From Octopus vulgaris (taxonomy: Eukaryota): a stretch of DNA of 64,000 nt. The DNA lies in assembly GCA_951406725.2 (NCBI GenBank), contig OX597839.1, positions 17,980,001 through 18,044,000 on the forward strand, given 5' to 3'. The notes under the pieces were generated by a model. That model was given only the letters and a program-made list of their open reading frames with translations. It was not told the DNA's origin and searched no databases. The position numbers were made by a program, and so were the translations under genes. Below, piece after piece: positions 50,985 through 63,991 of this stretch; positions within the stretch are counted from its first letter, which is position 1, and every line of letters starts with the position of its first letter.

Positions 50985-52006
50985 GCAAATTGTCCAGACA
51001 TAGCATGCAAGTGTTGGAAAGAAAAAAACATACACTGATAGACATTGCAATCCCTTCTGACCAAAATATTGACTGAAAAGAATTGGTGGTGGTGGTGGGG
51101 GAGACTGTCAAAACATAAGGATCTTAAAATTGAAATACTTAAGATCTGTAGCATGAAGGTGGAAACAGTACCAATAATAATTGAAGTGTGAGGTATAATG
51201 GAAGAAAAATATATGAACGGGCAAGGCTGTGCAGTAAGAAGTTAGCCTCCCAACAACATGGCACTGAGTTCAATTATACTGAATGGCCCCTTGAGTAACT
51301 TTAGCTCCAGGTTAACCAAAGCTTTAAGAGTGAATCTGGTGGACAGAAACATAAAAAAGGCCATTGTGTGTTTGTCTTCCGCCAATGCTTGACAACTAGT
51401 GTTGATTTGTTTACAGTCCCGTAACTTAGCAGTTTGGCAAAAGAAGAAATACCAGGTTTAAAACATATGTGCTGGGGTTGATTCTTTTGACTACAACCCT
51501 TCAAGGTGATGCCCCAGCATGGCTGCGGTTCCATAACTAAAACGAATAAAAGATAAAAATATAGAAGCCATATCAGGATTTACAACATTGCACACCGTCC
51601 AGAAATCAATTTGTTAAGAACAGCCCACATCCTGTGAAGGACATTATTGATTCAGTAACACAACCCAACTAGAAAAATCTTCTTACCTGACACCTGCTCA
51701 ATATATAACAAGCGCCTAATAAAATAAAACAACATATTTCACACATGAAGATTAATACCCAATAATGTAACGACTTTCATTACACAAATCATACAGCAGA
51801 GCAAACACGAATATAACACAAGAAACAAAACAGGTTAAATCACCATAGCAAAACAGAGTGATACAGTGCACCAACAGGAGGAGACTATGTTCTACCAACT
51901 TACACAAAAATACAAACATACAATGTCATACACATCTCAGCAACACAGAGATGCACTGCGTGATGCAGGAAAAACTCACAGGAAATTATCAAAACAATAA
52001 TAATAA
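50985..52006 (+). mobile_element. R4/Dong-like (RLE-type) LINE 3' part, decayed, interrupted by a family-A SINE (~51220-51555)
   Basis: PDIA..LIDIAIPSDQNI..LSKHKDLKIEI..VETVPIII is a restriction-like endonuclease signature. After the SINE the frame resumes VQKS..TAHIL*RTL, then 3' UTR and (AAT)n. Confidence 0.7.
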
Positions 52007-52845
52007 TGGTTTCTTTTATTTGCCACCAGGGCTCACATAAAACAGCATTAAATGACATGCAACAACATAAAAGACAAAAACAGGATACAATGGGTTTTAT
52101 GTGTAAACAATATATATAACAATAACAAATTAAAACTCCCAATAGGGGAAGGGCTTTAAGGTCCTCATGGAAAAACCTACAAAGGCTACAGGTGCCTGAT
52201 CAACAGGGCAAGAGCCCTTTCATTTCTCACAGGTGTATGTTCAGAATTGGTCCTTTCACACTGGTCATTCTTCCAAAGTTCAGCCACCTTTCAACAAACT
52301 TGCTAAAAGGCAACACTTCCCTCTCCACCCTCAACTTCCTTTTCAAGTGAAACTTGAAAAAGTTGATGAGGGCTTGGCCAAGGAGGAAAGTGTCTGTCTT
52401 TAGCCCTTTCAAATGGAGTCCACCACACTACCTCTTTTGCTACAGCCACTAGATTAATAAAAATAGCCTGTCCCTCCCAGCCAAAAGAGGGTGGTGGAGC
52501 AATTTTCACAACGGATTCAGCTGATAGCCGGATCTGTGCTACACATGACAGCAGATGTTTGACATAAAACCACAGGTCAGCAATACTCGGGCACTGGACT
52601 AGGGCATGCAGAATGGTTTCATCGCTCTGGGTGCACCTCAGGTAGGCAGGGCTGACAGTACTTCCGTGCTTGTAAAGTTTAATTCGAACAGGCAGCACCC
52701 ATCAGTAGCACTACCAGGCAAGGAATTTCTGGAAGTTATCCATGGGCCCAGGCCCAAAAGTTCTTTGAAACAGGCCAGTTAGATGGTCTTCATCAACGCC
52801 CAGAGTTTCCCTGAGAACATCATCGCACTTTCTCTCTACTAAGCA
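52007..52845 (-). mobile_element. Tx1/L1-like LINE 3' fragment
   Basis: LPVRIKLYKHG..YLRCTQSDETILHALVQCP is a decayed C-terminal CCHC knuckle. Contains frameshifts. Confidence 0.75.
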
Positions 52846-53679
52846 TTTCACCCAGTGTGATGACGATTATGCCCGCTCTCTGCCTTAATAATAATAATTA
52901 TAATAGTTTCTGATTTGAGATGCTTTGTCAAACTTGACAGATACTTTATTTTATCAGCCCCAGAAGGATAAAAAGCTAAGTTGACATTGGTGGGATTTGA
53001 ACTTAGAATATGAAGTACCAGAACAAACAGAGCAATACATTTTGTCTGATATTCTAATGATTCCAGCAATTTACCACCAAGAGAAGTAAGGACCGTGCTA
53101 TGCTAGTGAGGTTGAAATCAAAGCTGAAATACTTGTCCATAATTTTCTTTTACTTCTAAACAAAATACCAGATTGCCAATGGTTTTGTCTTAACCCTTTA
53201 ACTTGGAAATAAAATTGCATAGTTATTCCAGTAATGATGTTAAATATTTACCCAGAAATAGAACTGTCATTTTCTGCAAGTCACATTTCCTCAATAAATG
53301 CATCATATTATTATCATATATCATCATCATCATTTAACGTCTTTTTTCCATGCTTGTATGGGTTGGATGGTTTGACAGGAGCTGGTAAGCCAGAGAGCTG
53401 CACCAGACTCCAATTGTCTGTTTCGGCATAGATTTTATGGCTGAATGCCCTACCAAATGCCAATCCCTTTACAGAGTGTATTGGGTGCTTTTTACAAGAC
53501 ACAAGCATGGTGCTTTTTATGTGGTGGCAGCACATGGTAACAACATGGGTGCTTCACATTCCTTAACGAATGGTGGATTGGTGTATAAAACTGCTTTCTG
53601 CAGTGGAAGGTAGAGAAATCTTAAGCAGATGTATCTGATTTCTGTAGTAAAACAGTTAAGTTTCTTAATTCAAGAACAG

Positions 53680-53832
53680 TGCTACAGTAATCTTGAATGA
53701 GGAGAAATTGAAAGAGCAATATTAATATCATGACAGATAACGAAATAGAGATAAGGAGATTAGAGCAAACACAGGCTTATAAATAATTAGGAATCAATGA
53801 ACTAGATAAATTACAACCCACACAAATGAAAG
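53680..53832 (+). pseudogene. R4/Dong-like RT fragment
   Basis: IRRLEQTQAYK*LGINELDKLQPTQMK resembles the YKYLG motif region. Confidence 0.45.
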
Positions 53833-54491
53833 CCTACAAGGCTCAAAAGAGAAATAAGTCAAAGCTCAAGTCAACTATGCATCAAAAGCTCCAGACTAAA
53901 AGTAGAAACAGAGAGATTAACCCTCACAGCCAAGACCAATGGTTGGTCACAAAGAATTATATGAATAAAATAATCCTTTGTACAATAGGAACAAGGCCTG
54001 AAATTGTAGGGGAGGGGGCGAGTCAATTACACCAAACCCCCCCCCCAGTCTGTAACTGGTACTTAATTTATCGACCCCGAAAGGATGAAAGGCAAAGTCT
54101 ACCTCGGCGGAATTTGAACTCAGAATGTAGTAATGGGTGAAATACTGCTAAGCCTTTCGTCCAGTGTGTGAACAATTCAGTCAGCTCACCTCTAAATGCA
54201 GAATGCACGACCAATACAATGAGAAAGTGAACCACATCATCTCTGGTTCCTCAGTCCATGCTAAATTTGAATGGAAGAAATATTACAGAGAAATTAGTTT
54301 TAAACTGAACTAAATGCAAAACCTATGGTAATAGACAACTCCTTAGATCAGTATTTCTCAACCATTTGTTTACCTATGAAGCCCTTTGATTTCCATTTTA
54401 CTAGAGTGGACCTTCCCAGCCATTCAATGTTAAAAAAGTCTTATTACAATTTTTATGATGAAATATTATTCGGAATTGATAAAAATGATGA

Positions 54492-54870
54492 TCATCATCA
54501 TCATTTAACGTCCGCTTTCCATGTTAGCATGAGTTGGACGATTTGACTGAGGTCTGGCAAACCAGATGGCTGCACCAGGTTTCAATCTGATCTGGCAGAG
54601 ATTCTACAGCTGGATGCCCTTCCTAACGTCAACCACTCCGAGAGTGTAGTGGCTGCTTTTACGTGCCACCAGCACTAGGGCCAGTCAGGCAGTACTGGCA
54701 ATGGCCATGCTCAAATGGTGCTTTTTATGTGCCACCTGCACAGGAGCCTGTTCAGCGGCACTGGCAATGACCTCGCTTGAGTGTTTTTTCACGTGCCAGC
54801 AGCACAAGTGCCAGTAAGGTGATGCAGGTAACGATCACACTCGAATGGTGATTTTTACATGCCACCAGCA
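54492..54870 (-). mobile_element. RTE LINE 3' UTR fragment
   Basis: (CAT)n followed by the reverse complement of the RTE tail. Similar to the 8093 and 63470 copies. Confidence 0.85.
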
Positions 54871-56313
54871 TGAAGGGCAAATGATTTCTGCTACAGCCTG
54901 GGTCAAACCAAAGCCTTTTAAGTGAATTTGGCCTCCTTTGACACAAAGAGCTTCTTTCAGTTTCCATCTACCAAATCCATTGACAAGGCTTTGGACATCC
55001 CACGGCCTTAATGGAAGACACTTGCCCAAGGTGCCATGCAGCAGGACTGAACCTGGAACTACACACTTACCACACAGCCTGAGCTATCCTAATTCCAACA
55101 GATGAAATAGTAAATGAAATATATTTAAAAATATCAGATCTTCTTTAACAAGAATCTATTGTGTAACAAATCTTTGGATTTTATGGTAAATCCCTCCAAA
55201 TTGGTGAATTACTTTGAAGTTTCTAATTTCACAGAATGGATCTTTAATCCCCATCACATAAGATAATCTTATGAAAAGGCACCTCCATACTTCTTCACAG
55301 AAATTTGTATGGCTCTCAACTTTGCGATTAGATGAATTAGATGAAAAAGAAAGTACTTTCACACATGATTTAAGCAACAATTTGACAAGATGTGTCATGA
55401 ATGGAGATGTTTTCATAAACCGAATTCCTTTGCTCTTGGGAGATGGGCAGTTTCCAGCGCAAAGCAGCGAACTGGCAGAATCCTTAGCATGTTTGACAAG
55501 ATGATTATCGGCATTTCTTTCTGGCTGTTTACCTTCCAAGTTCAAACCCTGTTAAGGTCAACTTTACACGCCTTCACTGGTCGGTTAAGGTGAGACAGTG
55601 TCATGTGACAACTTGCTGGGGCTGCCTACTGGAGCCTGGCGGCAGGTATTTTAAGGGGAGAACATTTGACAAGTCAGTCACTAGCTGACTCTACATCGAA
55701 GAGGCCAGGGAACAGAAGAAAGAAGTGGGGCCTGCCACGTCAAAACGGTAGAGGAGTAGGGGCCGAAACCGGACGTGGTTCTTCCTGATGATGTCTTGAG
55801 CTAACTGGATCCTATAAAGGAGCTGTTGTGGTAGCAGATCATGAAACACGGTTGTAATTCCTTCCAAAATACTAATACTTTATTTTATCAACTTTGAAAG
55901 CATGAAAGGCAAAGGTGACTGTGCTAGAATTTGAACTCAGAACGTAAAGAGCCAGAAGAACTGCCACTTAACATTTTTCTCTGGCAAGCAAACCGATTTC
56001 GCCAGCTCAGATAGTTACACGTGAGATGTTGATCAAATACTGAAGTTTCAGACAGAAATATAACGCATATCTGATGATCCTGTTGTCGTGTAGGTCAGCA
56101 TTGGTAAATTCAAACACGAGCTCAAATACAGCTATGAATTCCACATACGTTTTTAATTATTATTCTATTTTAATTTTAATCTAAAGACCTAGATTCAAAA
56201 GCATCCGCACGCAATGAATCTAAGGGCAATAACTCCTGTAATCCAGAGTTACCGTCCTTGCACTAAATGTTTGACTATTCCTAATAGAATAGCAAAGATC
56301 CTTATTATAAGGG

Positions 56314-56466
56314 CCGTATTTACTTGTGTAAACATCGTATTGTTTTGTTTTGATTTTCAGTAAAACAAAACTGAGGTCTGACTTCGGAGCAGAGGTAAAA
56401 CTATGACGACAAGTACCAAAATTTTGTACTAAATTAAGGATGCAGCTTATACACAAGTAAATATGG
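56314..56466. mobile_element. Tc1/mariner-pogo-like MITE
   Basis: TIRs CCGTATTTACTTGTGTA / TACACAAGTAAATATGG. Confidence 0.6.
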
Positions 56467-56759
56467 TCTCATCATTATCGTTTATCGTTCACTTGCCATG
56501 CATGGGCCAGACGAATTTAAACGGGGTAGAATTCTTACGGTCGGATGCCCTTCCTCTCACCAACTCTCACCTGTTTTCACGCAAAATTTCACGTTGGCGC
56601 TTTGTTCCGATTTCCTGTCCGTGACAAAAATCGCACACTACAGCATGGACGTGATCACAAAAACACAAATCTCACAACTTGCGAAGTAAATGCAGAGATG
56701 TCACTCAGCATACTGCCTCGTGAAGATCACTGCTAGTTCTCACTGCACACGCAACCGTG

Positions 56760-57104
56760 TGCTGCCACCTGTTGGTACGCTACAGAACTAGTCCGGAAAC
56801 TTTTTGATACCACCTCATACAAATAAAACAATCTAAAAACACAAGACACAGTGTCTATACAGTAAATATCTAATCAAATAAATAACCCCCACAACATGGA
56901 CTCTACAGGCTGAATACCCAACAGAACACAACTAGTATTGCACACACAATACAAACACTAATTCAACAAAGGATTGCAACCAAATCCCACAACAAAACAG
57001 ATGCAATATATTACTAGGAAGAGTTTGCACTCCTCCAACAAAAAACACACATACCCCAGCGATGCAGGTGATGCAGTTGAAATTTGCACGAAACTACCAA
57101 ATCC

Positions 57105-57142
<38 letters not shown>

Positions 57143-57697
57143 TGCCCTGATGCAGTACCAGACAGTGGCTCTCATGGCTTCTGATCTTAATTGATTGGAA
57201 GTGTTATCATGTACATTGTTTTGTCTTGGTATAAAAGATGGGCTGCAGCAAATATTCTGCTCAATACCACAGATTTGCTTGTCAGTTGTTTGACCGTAAC
57301 CAGTTGAGCATGTCCCTTAGTGGCTGACAATATCTGCATCTCTGGTTACGAGCAGAAGTAGTGGGGGAGCATCATAGCCATGTGTTGAGAGGGGTTCTTT
57401 GGGGTTTGAATAATTCACTTCTGGAAACATGGGTGTTTCATTCAACATCTTTAAACAACCCCTATTCAGGGACCTTTTGAGTGGGATGGGTTACTCAACC
57501 AGAAGAAAATTCTAACTGGGCCCCATCTGCAGGGTCATGCGCTGTTTATCTTGATATGAGATCACCATGTTGCGCACATATGGTTGTGATGCATGTGCCT
57601 GGTGTACCCTTATCAGTCAGGTAATTATGATGGGTATACTGGGCTTCATATATTTTACCCCAGTGTCACTTTGATGGCATGCACTGCTCTCTCACTC

Positions 57698-57728
<31 letters not shown>

Positions 57729-58020
57729 GTGCAGCTCCAGAAAATAGTGTAATTAGGGACAGCTGAGATACTTAGGAAGGTTCTTGGCATCGAAAGTTAC
57801 TTGTTGTAGCCTGATGTTAGGAATTTTTCTGTTCCAACAGTTTAATCTGTTGTGTGCATATGAAATAAAAAAATAATGCAATACCAGGAGGTTCTGATGC
57901 AATACTAGGATGCACTGATGCAATGTCAAGCAGTGACTCTCATAGCTTCTGATCTTAAATGATTGGAAGTGTACATGTTTTGTCTTGGAGTAAAACAATG
58001 GGCTGTTTTGAATATCTAAC
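56760..58020 (+). mobile_element. Head-to-tail stack of R4/Dong-like 3' ends separated by (AAT)n tracts
   Basis: (AAT)n at 57107-57141 and 57698-57727. 57730-57790 encodes QLQKIV*LGTAEILRKVL. The block TGATGCA..CTCTCATRGCTTCTGATCTTAA..GATTGGAAGTG occurs at 57148 and 57916. Confidence 0.6.
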
Positions 58021-59534
58021 AAAAAAAAATACATCCCTGAACCCAAAGCCAAACTGATGTATGGACCAATATGGGCCATAGCACATGCAATCTTAAGTTA
58101 GCAACGTGCCCAAGCATTGAGGATCCCTTTAATTCAGAAGCTTCTAGCTTGGGGCTAACAATTAAAACATAAAGAATCAAAAAAGTACCATCTCATTCCA
58201 CGAAATACTATCTATATCTGTACCAACATCCATGTGCCAACTTCTAGATCAGCTCAGAATCAAGGGTCAGAAAAGAATAGCAACAATGAAACACCTGTCA
58301 GAGACCAACGTGGTTATGGGTGAAAAGGAAAGATAGATGGAACTGAAAAGAAGTACAGAAAGTCATTAAACATAGGAGAAAGCAAACCCAGTTTGAAAGA
58401 GTGCAAGTTCATGTGATGGACATTGTGGCTGAGCAATAAGGTCACCCAAAGGTTTTGAGTTCAATCCCAACTACAGGTGGCATTTAAATAACAGCGGAGG
58501 ACACCTCAGAAATCACTATCTAGATGGCCCAGTCCCCTAAAGTGTCATGAACAAATAGGTTTTGACACTCACCTTATAGCATGTTTTCATTTTGCAATAT
58601 CACAAACTGCTGACACAGATAAGTTTAAAATAGAAAATAAAAAAAACTACCATCAAATGGTAACTTCTAGAAACAAGACAAAATCCCTTCCTGCTTTCAT
58701 CCAGAAAATTATTAAGCTAGATGGGAACAATAATACTAAAATAAATATCTATGCAATATTGCTGTATCAGGTAATCTGTTACAGGATGGATATGAAAAAC
58801 TATTTCTAGAAACAGGGCAAAATTAATTCCTACTTTCATTGGCAAACTTAAGTCTAATAGAAACCATTTTAAAAAACTCTACAAAATACAATCATATCAT
58901 ATAATGTCCCCTTTTTCATACTATCATGGATTGGAAAGTTTGATAGGAACCAACAAACCAGAGGGTTGCACCAAGCTTCAATGCCTGCTTTGGCTTGGTT
59001 TCCTATGGCTGGATGCCCTTCCTAACACCAACCACTTTATAGTATGTACTGGGTGCATTTTTTCATGACACCAACATTTGTGAGGCTACCAAGTATTAGG
59101 TAAGGGCCCAATTTCAGCAGAGTATATTCAGGCAAAAAAAGTCTTTAGTAAATTAAAGTGTGTAATATTAAAAGTAATTTAAGTCTCATGTTATGCTAAT
59201 TCCCTTTGCAGGGTAAAGACCTGCTTCAGTCTTGAATGACCAAGGGATTGCACCTCTAAAGTTACCTTCCAAAGCACAAGTCTGGGAAAGGTTGTTTATG
59301 GAAAACCAGTAGTCGCCCATGCATACCAGCCTCCCCTCTCCACGCCACTGATGTTATCCAAGGGGAAGGCAAAGGTTGATACAGCTTGGCATCAGTGACA
59401 TCACAACTCATTTCTACAGCAAGTGAACTGGAGTAACACAACACTCAAACCAGTCCAGAAATCAAACTCATTACCACATGATTGAGAGCTCAACGCTCTA
59501 ACCACTGAGCCATGTGCATTCCTTTTATAAGTAA

Positions 59535-60047
59535 CTAGCAGTATCGCCCGGCGTTGCTCGGGTTTGTAAGGGAAATAACTATATAAGCATTTTTAGAGAG
59601 TTATTTCCCTTATAGATGCCAATTCGGGCTTTCTTAGCCATTTCTGTTTTGGTGTCTTCAAGCCATGAAGTCGTTGTTCTAAAAGAACGCTGGTCTCCTT
59701 GACAACGCTTTACGACGTTGATTTCCTTACACTCCCTTCCCCACAGCTTCACGAGGGAGGGAAGAAGGGGGAGAAGCAAACAGGTGCAGGTGTGACCATG
59801 GACGCCAACTGCGCCGCCATCGACACACGAAAAATTATGCATTAAAATGGAATAAAAAATGATGTTAAATTATTTTAAAAATCGTAGACTCATCGTAGAC
59901 GCGCGCTAATACTTAGACGAGCTCGATATGAATCACGACTATAAGATACCCGAATTTGGTTAAACTGCACCGCAAAATGTGGGAGTAGTTAGGAATCTAA
60001 ATCGAAGGGGACAGACACTCACACAACTACAGTTTTATATATATAGA
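59535..60047 (-). mobile_element. Non-autonomous Helitron
   Basis: Minus strand A|TCTATATATATAAAAC ... CCCGAGCAACGCCGGG hairpin .. CTAG|T, inserted at an A|T site. CpG-rich. Confidence 0.85.
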
Positions 60048-61213
60048 TAACAATCCTTTCTACTATAAGCACAAGGCCTGAGATTTTAGGGGAGGTGTTT
60101 AGTCAATTATATCAACCACAGTGCTTGATTGGTAAATATTTTAGAGTTTATAGGATGAAAGGCAAAGTTGATAGCAGTGGAATATGAATGTTTTAAAGAC
60201 ATATGAAATGCTGTTAAGCATTTTGTTTGGTGTGCTAACGATTCTGACAGCTTGCAGCCTTTACAAGTAATAGTAATAATGTTGAAGTAAATAATATTAT
60301 GGAGTGATGCTAGGTAGAAGAGATTGTCTTGATCATAGTTAACAGATAGTAGCGAGCACCCCAGGGCAAAAATTAGCTTATCGGAGGCCCAATTTTGCAT
60401 ACAGGACCTGAGGTGAGTTTTTTGGAGACAAGTGTGTCTTGCATGCCATTAAATATAATATCAATTAAAAATAAAATGAGGAAATAGGGAACATCGTTCC
60501 TTTCGGTTTTACACAAGATTAGGGAGGTTTAAACACTTGAATAGTTCAAAGACAGGCCCCAATTTCACCAGCGCATATTCATGGAAAAAGTTAACACATT
60601 AAGTAAAAAAGGCCCAGCTTCGTTAGCAGCACCTGGGGCCCATTTCCTTTCTTTTCAGACATTCAGAGTGGGGAGGATGTCTTATGCCATCAAATATGAG
60701 GGAGGGATAAATAGTTAGATCGATATATACACCGATGGCATAAAAGATGCACACCCATATAAGACACACAACCTGGACTTCGTCAACGTATATTCGGGGA
60801 AAAGAAAGAGCTTTTCGTACACTAGATCCATGTAATAGAGGTCCAGTTCCCCATGTAGGATCGTAGTGACTTTTTCAGATAATTTTTCGTCAATTTAAAA
60901 AATTTTTTGGAGGGTGAGTTCGTCTTATAAGCTATTGAATACGATAATACAAGCAACGGTTCTTTTCCTTAAGCCAAGAGAAAAAAAATATTTTATTTTG
61001 ACACATTCTACCAGTATACGAAGTTTAAAAGTGTTTAGTTAACTAGAAATTGTATTGAAAACTGCCGTTCAAACGGAAAAGATCCCAAGCAACGAACAAG
61101 GAGTAGTTAATAGTATAACAAATATTTGAAGAACTATATGAACCCCAAACACCGGAACAATTCGTAGATGCTTAATTGAGTTAGTCAAACATAACAGAAA
61201 CTAGGATAAGTCT

Positions 61214-61368
61214 GGCCAAGGTAAGGAATACGCACACGTGGGGTTTATGGTTAGGGTTTGGTCGAAAACGGGTGGGGTTTATGGTTAGGGTTTGGTCGAA
61301 AACGGGTGGGGTTTATGGTTAGGGTTTGGTCGAAAACGGGTGGGGTCCGAATTCTTTACCCACGCCGT
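61214..61368. mobile_element. Small MITE containing 3 x 34-bp TTAGGG-bearing G-rich repeats
   Basis: Unit GTGGGGTTTATGGTTAGGGTTTGGTCGAAAACGG. Imperfect inverted repeats at 61220-61235 and 61345-61360. TAAGTCT occurs on both flanks. Confidence 0.6.
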
Positions 61369-62297
61369 TAAGTCTTTGATAAAATTCTTAAATCTACTGA
61401 CAAAGTTTATCAGAATATTTAATTGGGAAAAACAATTGGCAAATGAAAGAAAAATATAAGAATATCCACTGAAGATTGTTATCAGATAAATAACGAATGT
61501 TTATCGAGATTTTTCTATTTTCCTGCCCGTAAAAGTTCGATATTAACAAAAAAGGCTAATTACCGTGTTCATATGACAGCTGCAAAAATATCTATAATTA
61601 AAGTGTTAGATTAATTTAGCAGATATTTTTTTCAATGAACATTTTAAATGTAGACATTTAGTAGCATATTATGTGAAAATTGTGCAAATTACATACCTTG
61701 CTCATCAAATTCTACCAGAATTTGTCTTCCAGTACCAAAAATGACTAACTTTGGTTGGAATCGTTCAGACGTCATTTTAAAAACAAGGGACGTTACTCTT
61801 ACAGAGTTGATGATAGTATTATCCAAAAAAACCCGACTTACTTCCCTTGTTTATGTGACTTTCTTTTCATGATCATATACAACTTGTGGTGTGCAGGACT
61901 TTTTGACTGGTGCACCTAAAAAAAAAAAGCCACCTTGGATTTTTTTTGGTAGTGCGGACCGCCAGATATTCAGCCATGTCTCATGCAGCCCACTCCTGGG
62001 AAACAGTTGCCTGTGCCTGATCTATAGTCAACAGCATACAGGTGCCGTGTGCACACGTATATACACACACATTGGTTTGCTTAACTTAACCTCAACAGAG
62101 AAATAAAAGGACAAAGCTAATTTTAGTAGGAATTGAACTTGTGCGGTCAGAAATTTGCTTCCCAACCATGGGGTCTAGGGTCCAGTCTCACTACCCAGCA
62201 CATTAGGCAAATGTCTTATAATTCGACCCCTGCGTCGAGCAAGGCCTTGTGAGTGGATTTGGTAAACAGAAATTGAAAGACGCCCATCATATACACA

Positions 62298-63197
62298 TAC
62301 GAAGGGGTGCTGAAAAGTCCCTGGCTTTCGGTAAAAGAAAATACAGGAGGATCACTTAATCATGATTTTATCCAACATATAGGCGAAGGAGTGGCTGTGT
62401 GGTAAGTAGCTTGCTAACCAACCACATGGTTCCGGGTTCAGTCCAACTGCGTGGCATCTTGGGCAAGTGTCTTCTGCTATAGCCTCGGGCCGACCAATGC
62501 CTTGTGAGTGGATTTGGTAGACGGAAACTGAAAGAAGCCTGTCGTATATATATATTTATGTGTGTCTGTGTTTGTCCCCCTAGCATTGCTTGTGTGTTTA
62601 CGTCCCCGTTACTTAGCGGTTCGGCAAAAAAAGAGACCGATAGAATAAGTACTGGGCTTTCAAAGAATAAGTCCCAGGGTTGATTTGCTCGACTAAAGCC
62701 GGTGCTCCAGCATGGCCGCAGTCAAATGACTGAAACAAGTAAAAGAGTAAAAAAAGAGTATATCCGAACGTGGCCGTAGCCAGCGCCGCCCTGACTGGTC
62801 TCCGTGCCGGTGGCACATAAAAAGCACCAAACGATCGTGGCCGTTTGCCACCCTCGTCTGGCACCTGTGCCAGTGGCACGTAAAAAGCACCCACTACACT
62901 CACAGAGTGGTTGGCGTTAGGAAGGGCATCCAGCTGTAGAAACACTGCCAGATCAGTCTGGGCCTGGTGCAGCCTTCTGGCTTCCCAGACCCCAGTTGAA
63001 CCATCCAACCCATGCTAGCATGGAAAGCGGACGTTAAACGATGATGATGATGATGATGATTCCCCTCTCGGATTCCCACACTTATTGAACTGGTCCTTCA
63101 GTTTTTTTAAGCCCTGTAAAAGAACTTGGAAGGTTAGACTTCCATCCAGGCCTTTTACGATATCCTTAAAGACAGGAACTTTCAGCACTCCCTCTTA
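62298..63197 (-). mobile_element. Mariner-like deleted element (inverse of 27579) split by a family-A SINE (62382-62750) and an RTE 3' UTR (62762-63060)
   Basis: The halves rejoin as ..TTTTATCCAACATAT|TCCCCTCTCGGATTCCCACACTTATTG.., the reverse complement of 27690-27740. TIRs are present at both ends. Confidence 0.8.
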
Positions 63198-63469
63198 CAT
63201 ACGTATGTGTGTGTGTGTACATATATGCATATTTGAGTGTGTCTGTGTTTGTTCATCATCATTGCTTGAGAATCGGTGTTGGTTTATTTACATCCCTGTA
63301 AGTAGGCTGTTCAGATAAAAGAGAATGATAGAATAAATACCAGGCTTTAAAAATTAAGTACTCGTCTTGATTTGTTTGAATGAATCCTTTCAAGAGTGTG
63401 CCCCAGCATGGCTGCATTCCAAAGACTAAAACAAGTAAAAATATAAAAGACAAAAGAAATTCCTCAATT

Positions 63470-63866
63470 ATCATCATTGTTTAACGTCCGCTTTCCATGC
63501 TAGCATGGGTTGGACGATTTGACTGAGGACTGGCGAACCAGATTGCTGCACCAAGGTCCAATCCGATCTGGTAGAGTTTCTACAGCTGGATGCCCTTCCT
63601 AATGCCAACCACTCCGAGAGTGTAGTGGGTGCTTTTACGTGCCACCAGCATGAGGGTCAGTCAGGCGGTACTAGCAATGGTGTTTTATACATGCCACCTG
63701 CACAGGAGCCAGTCCAGTGGCACTGACCTTGCTCGAATGTTTTTTCACGTGCCACCAGCACAAGTGCCAGTAAGGCGATGCTGGTAACAATTACGCTCGA
63801 ATGGTGCTCTTAGCACACTCTTACATGCCAGTATGGAAGGTGGATGTTAAACGATGATGATGATGA
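63470..63866 (-). mobile_element. RTE LINE 3' UTR fragment with a short inverted tail stub at 63825-63866
   Basis: (CAT)n at the left end and (GAT)n at the right end. Confidence 0.8.
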
Positions 63867-63916
63867 CGGTATATACATATATATATCATATATACATATC
63901 ATATATATATATATAT

Positions 63917-63991
<75 letters not shown>

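Noticed and set aside
61238-61346. Interstitial telomere or chromosome fusion site
   Set aside because: Only single TTAGGG hexamers within a 34-bp unit, with no tandem telomeric array.
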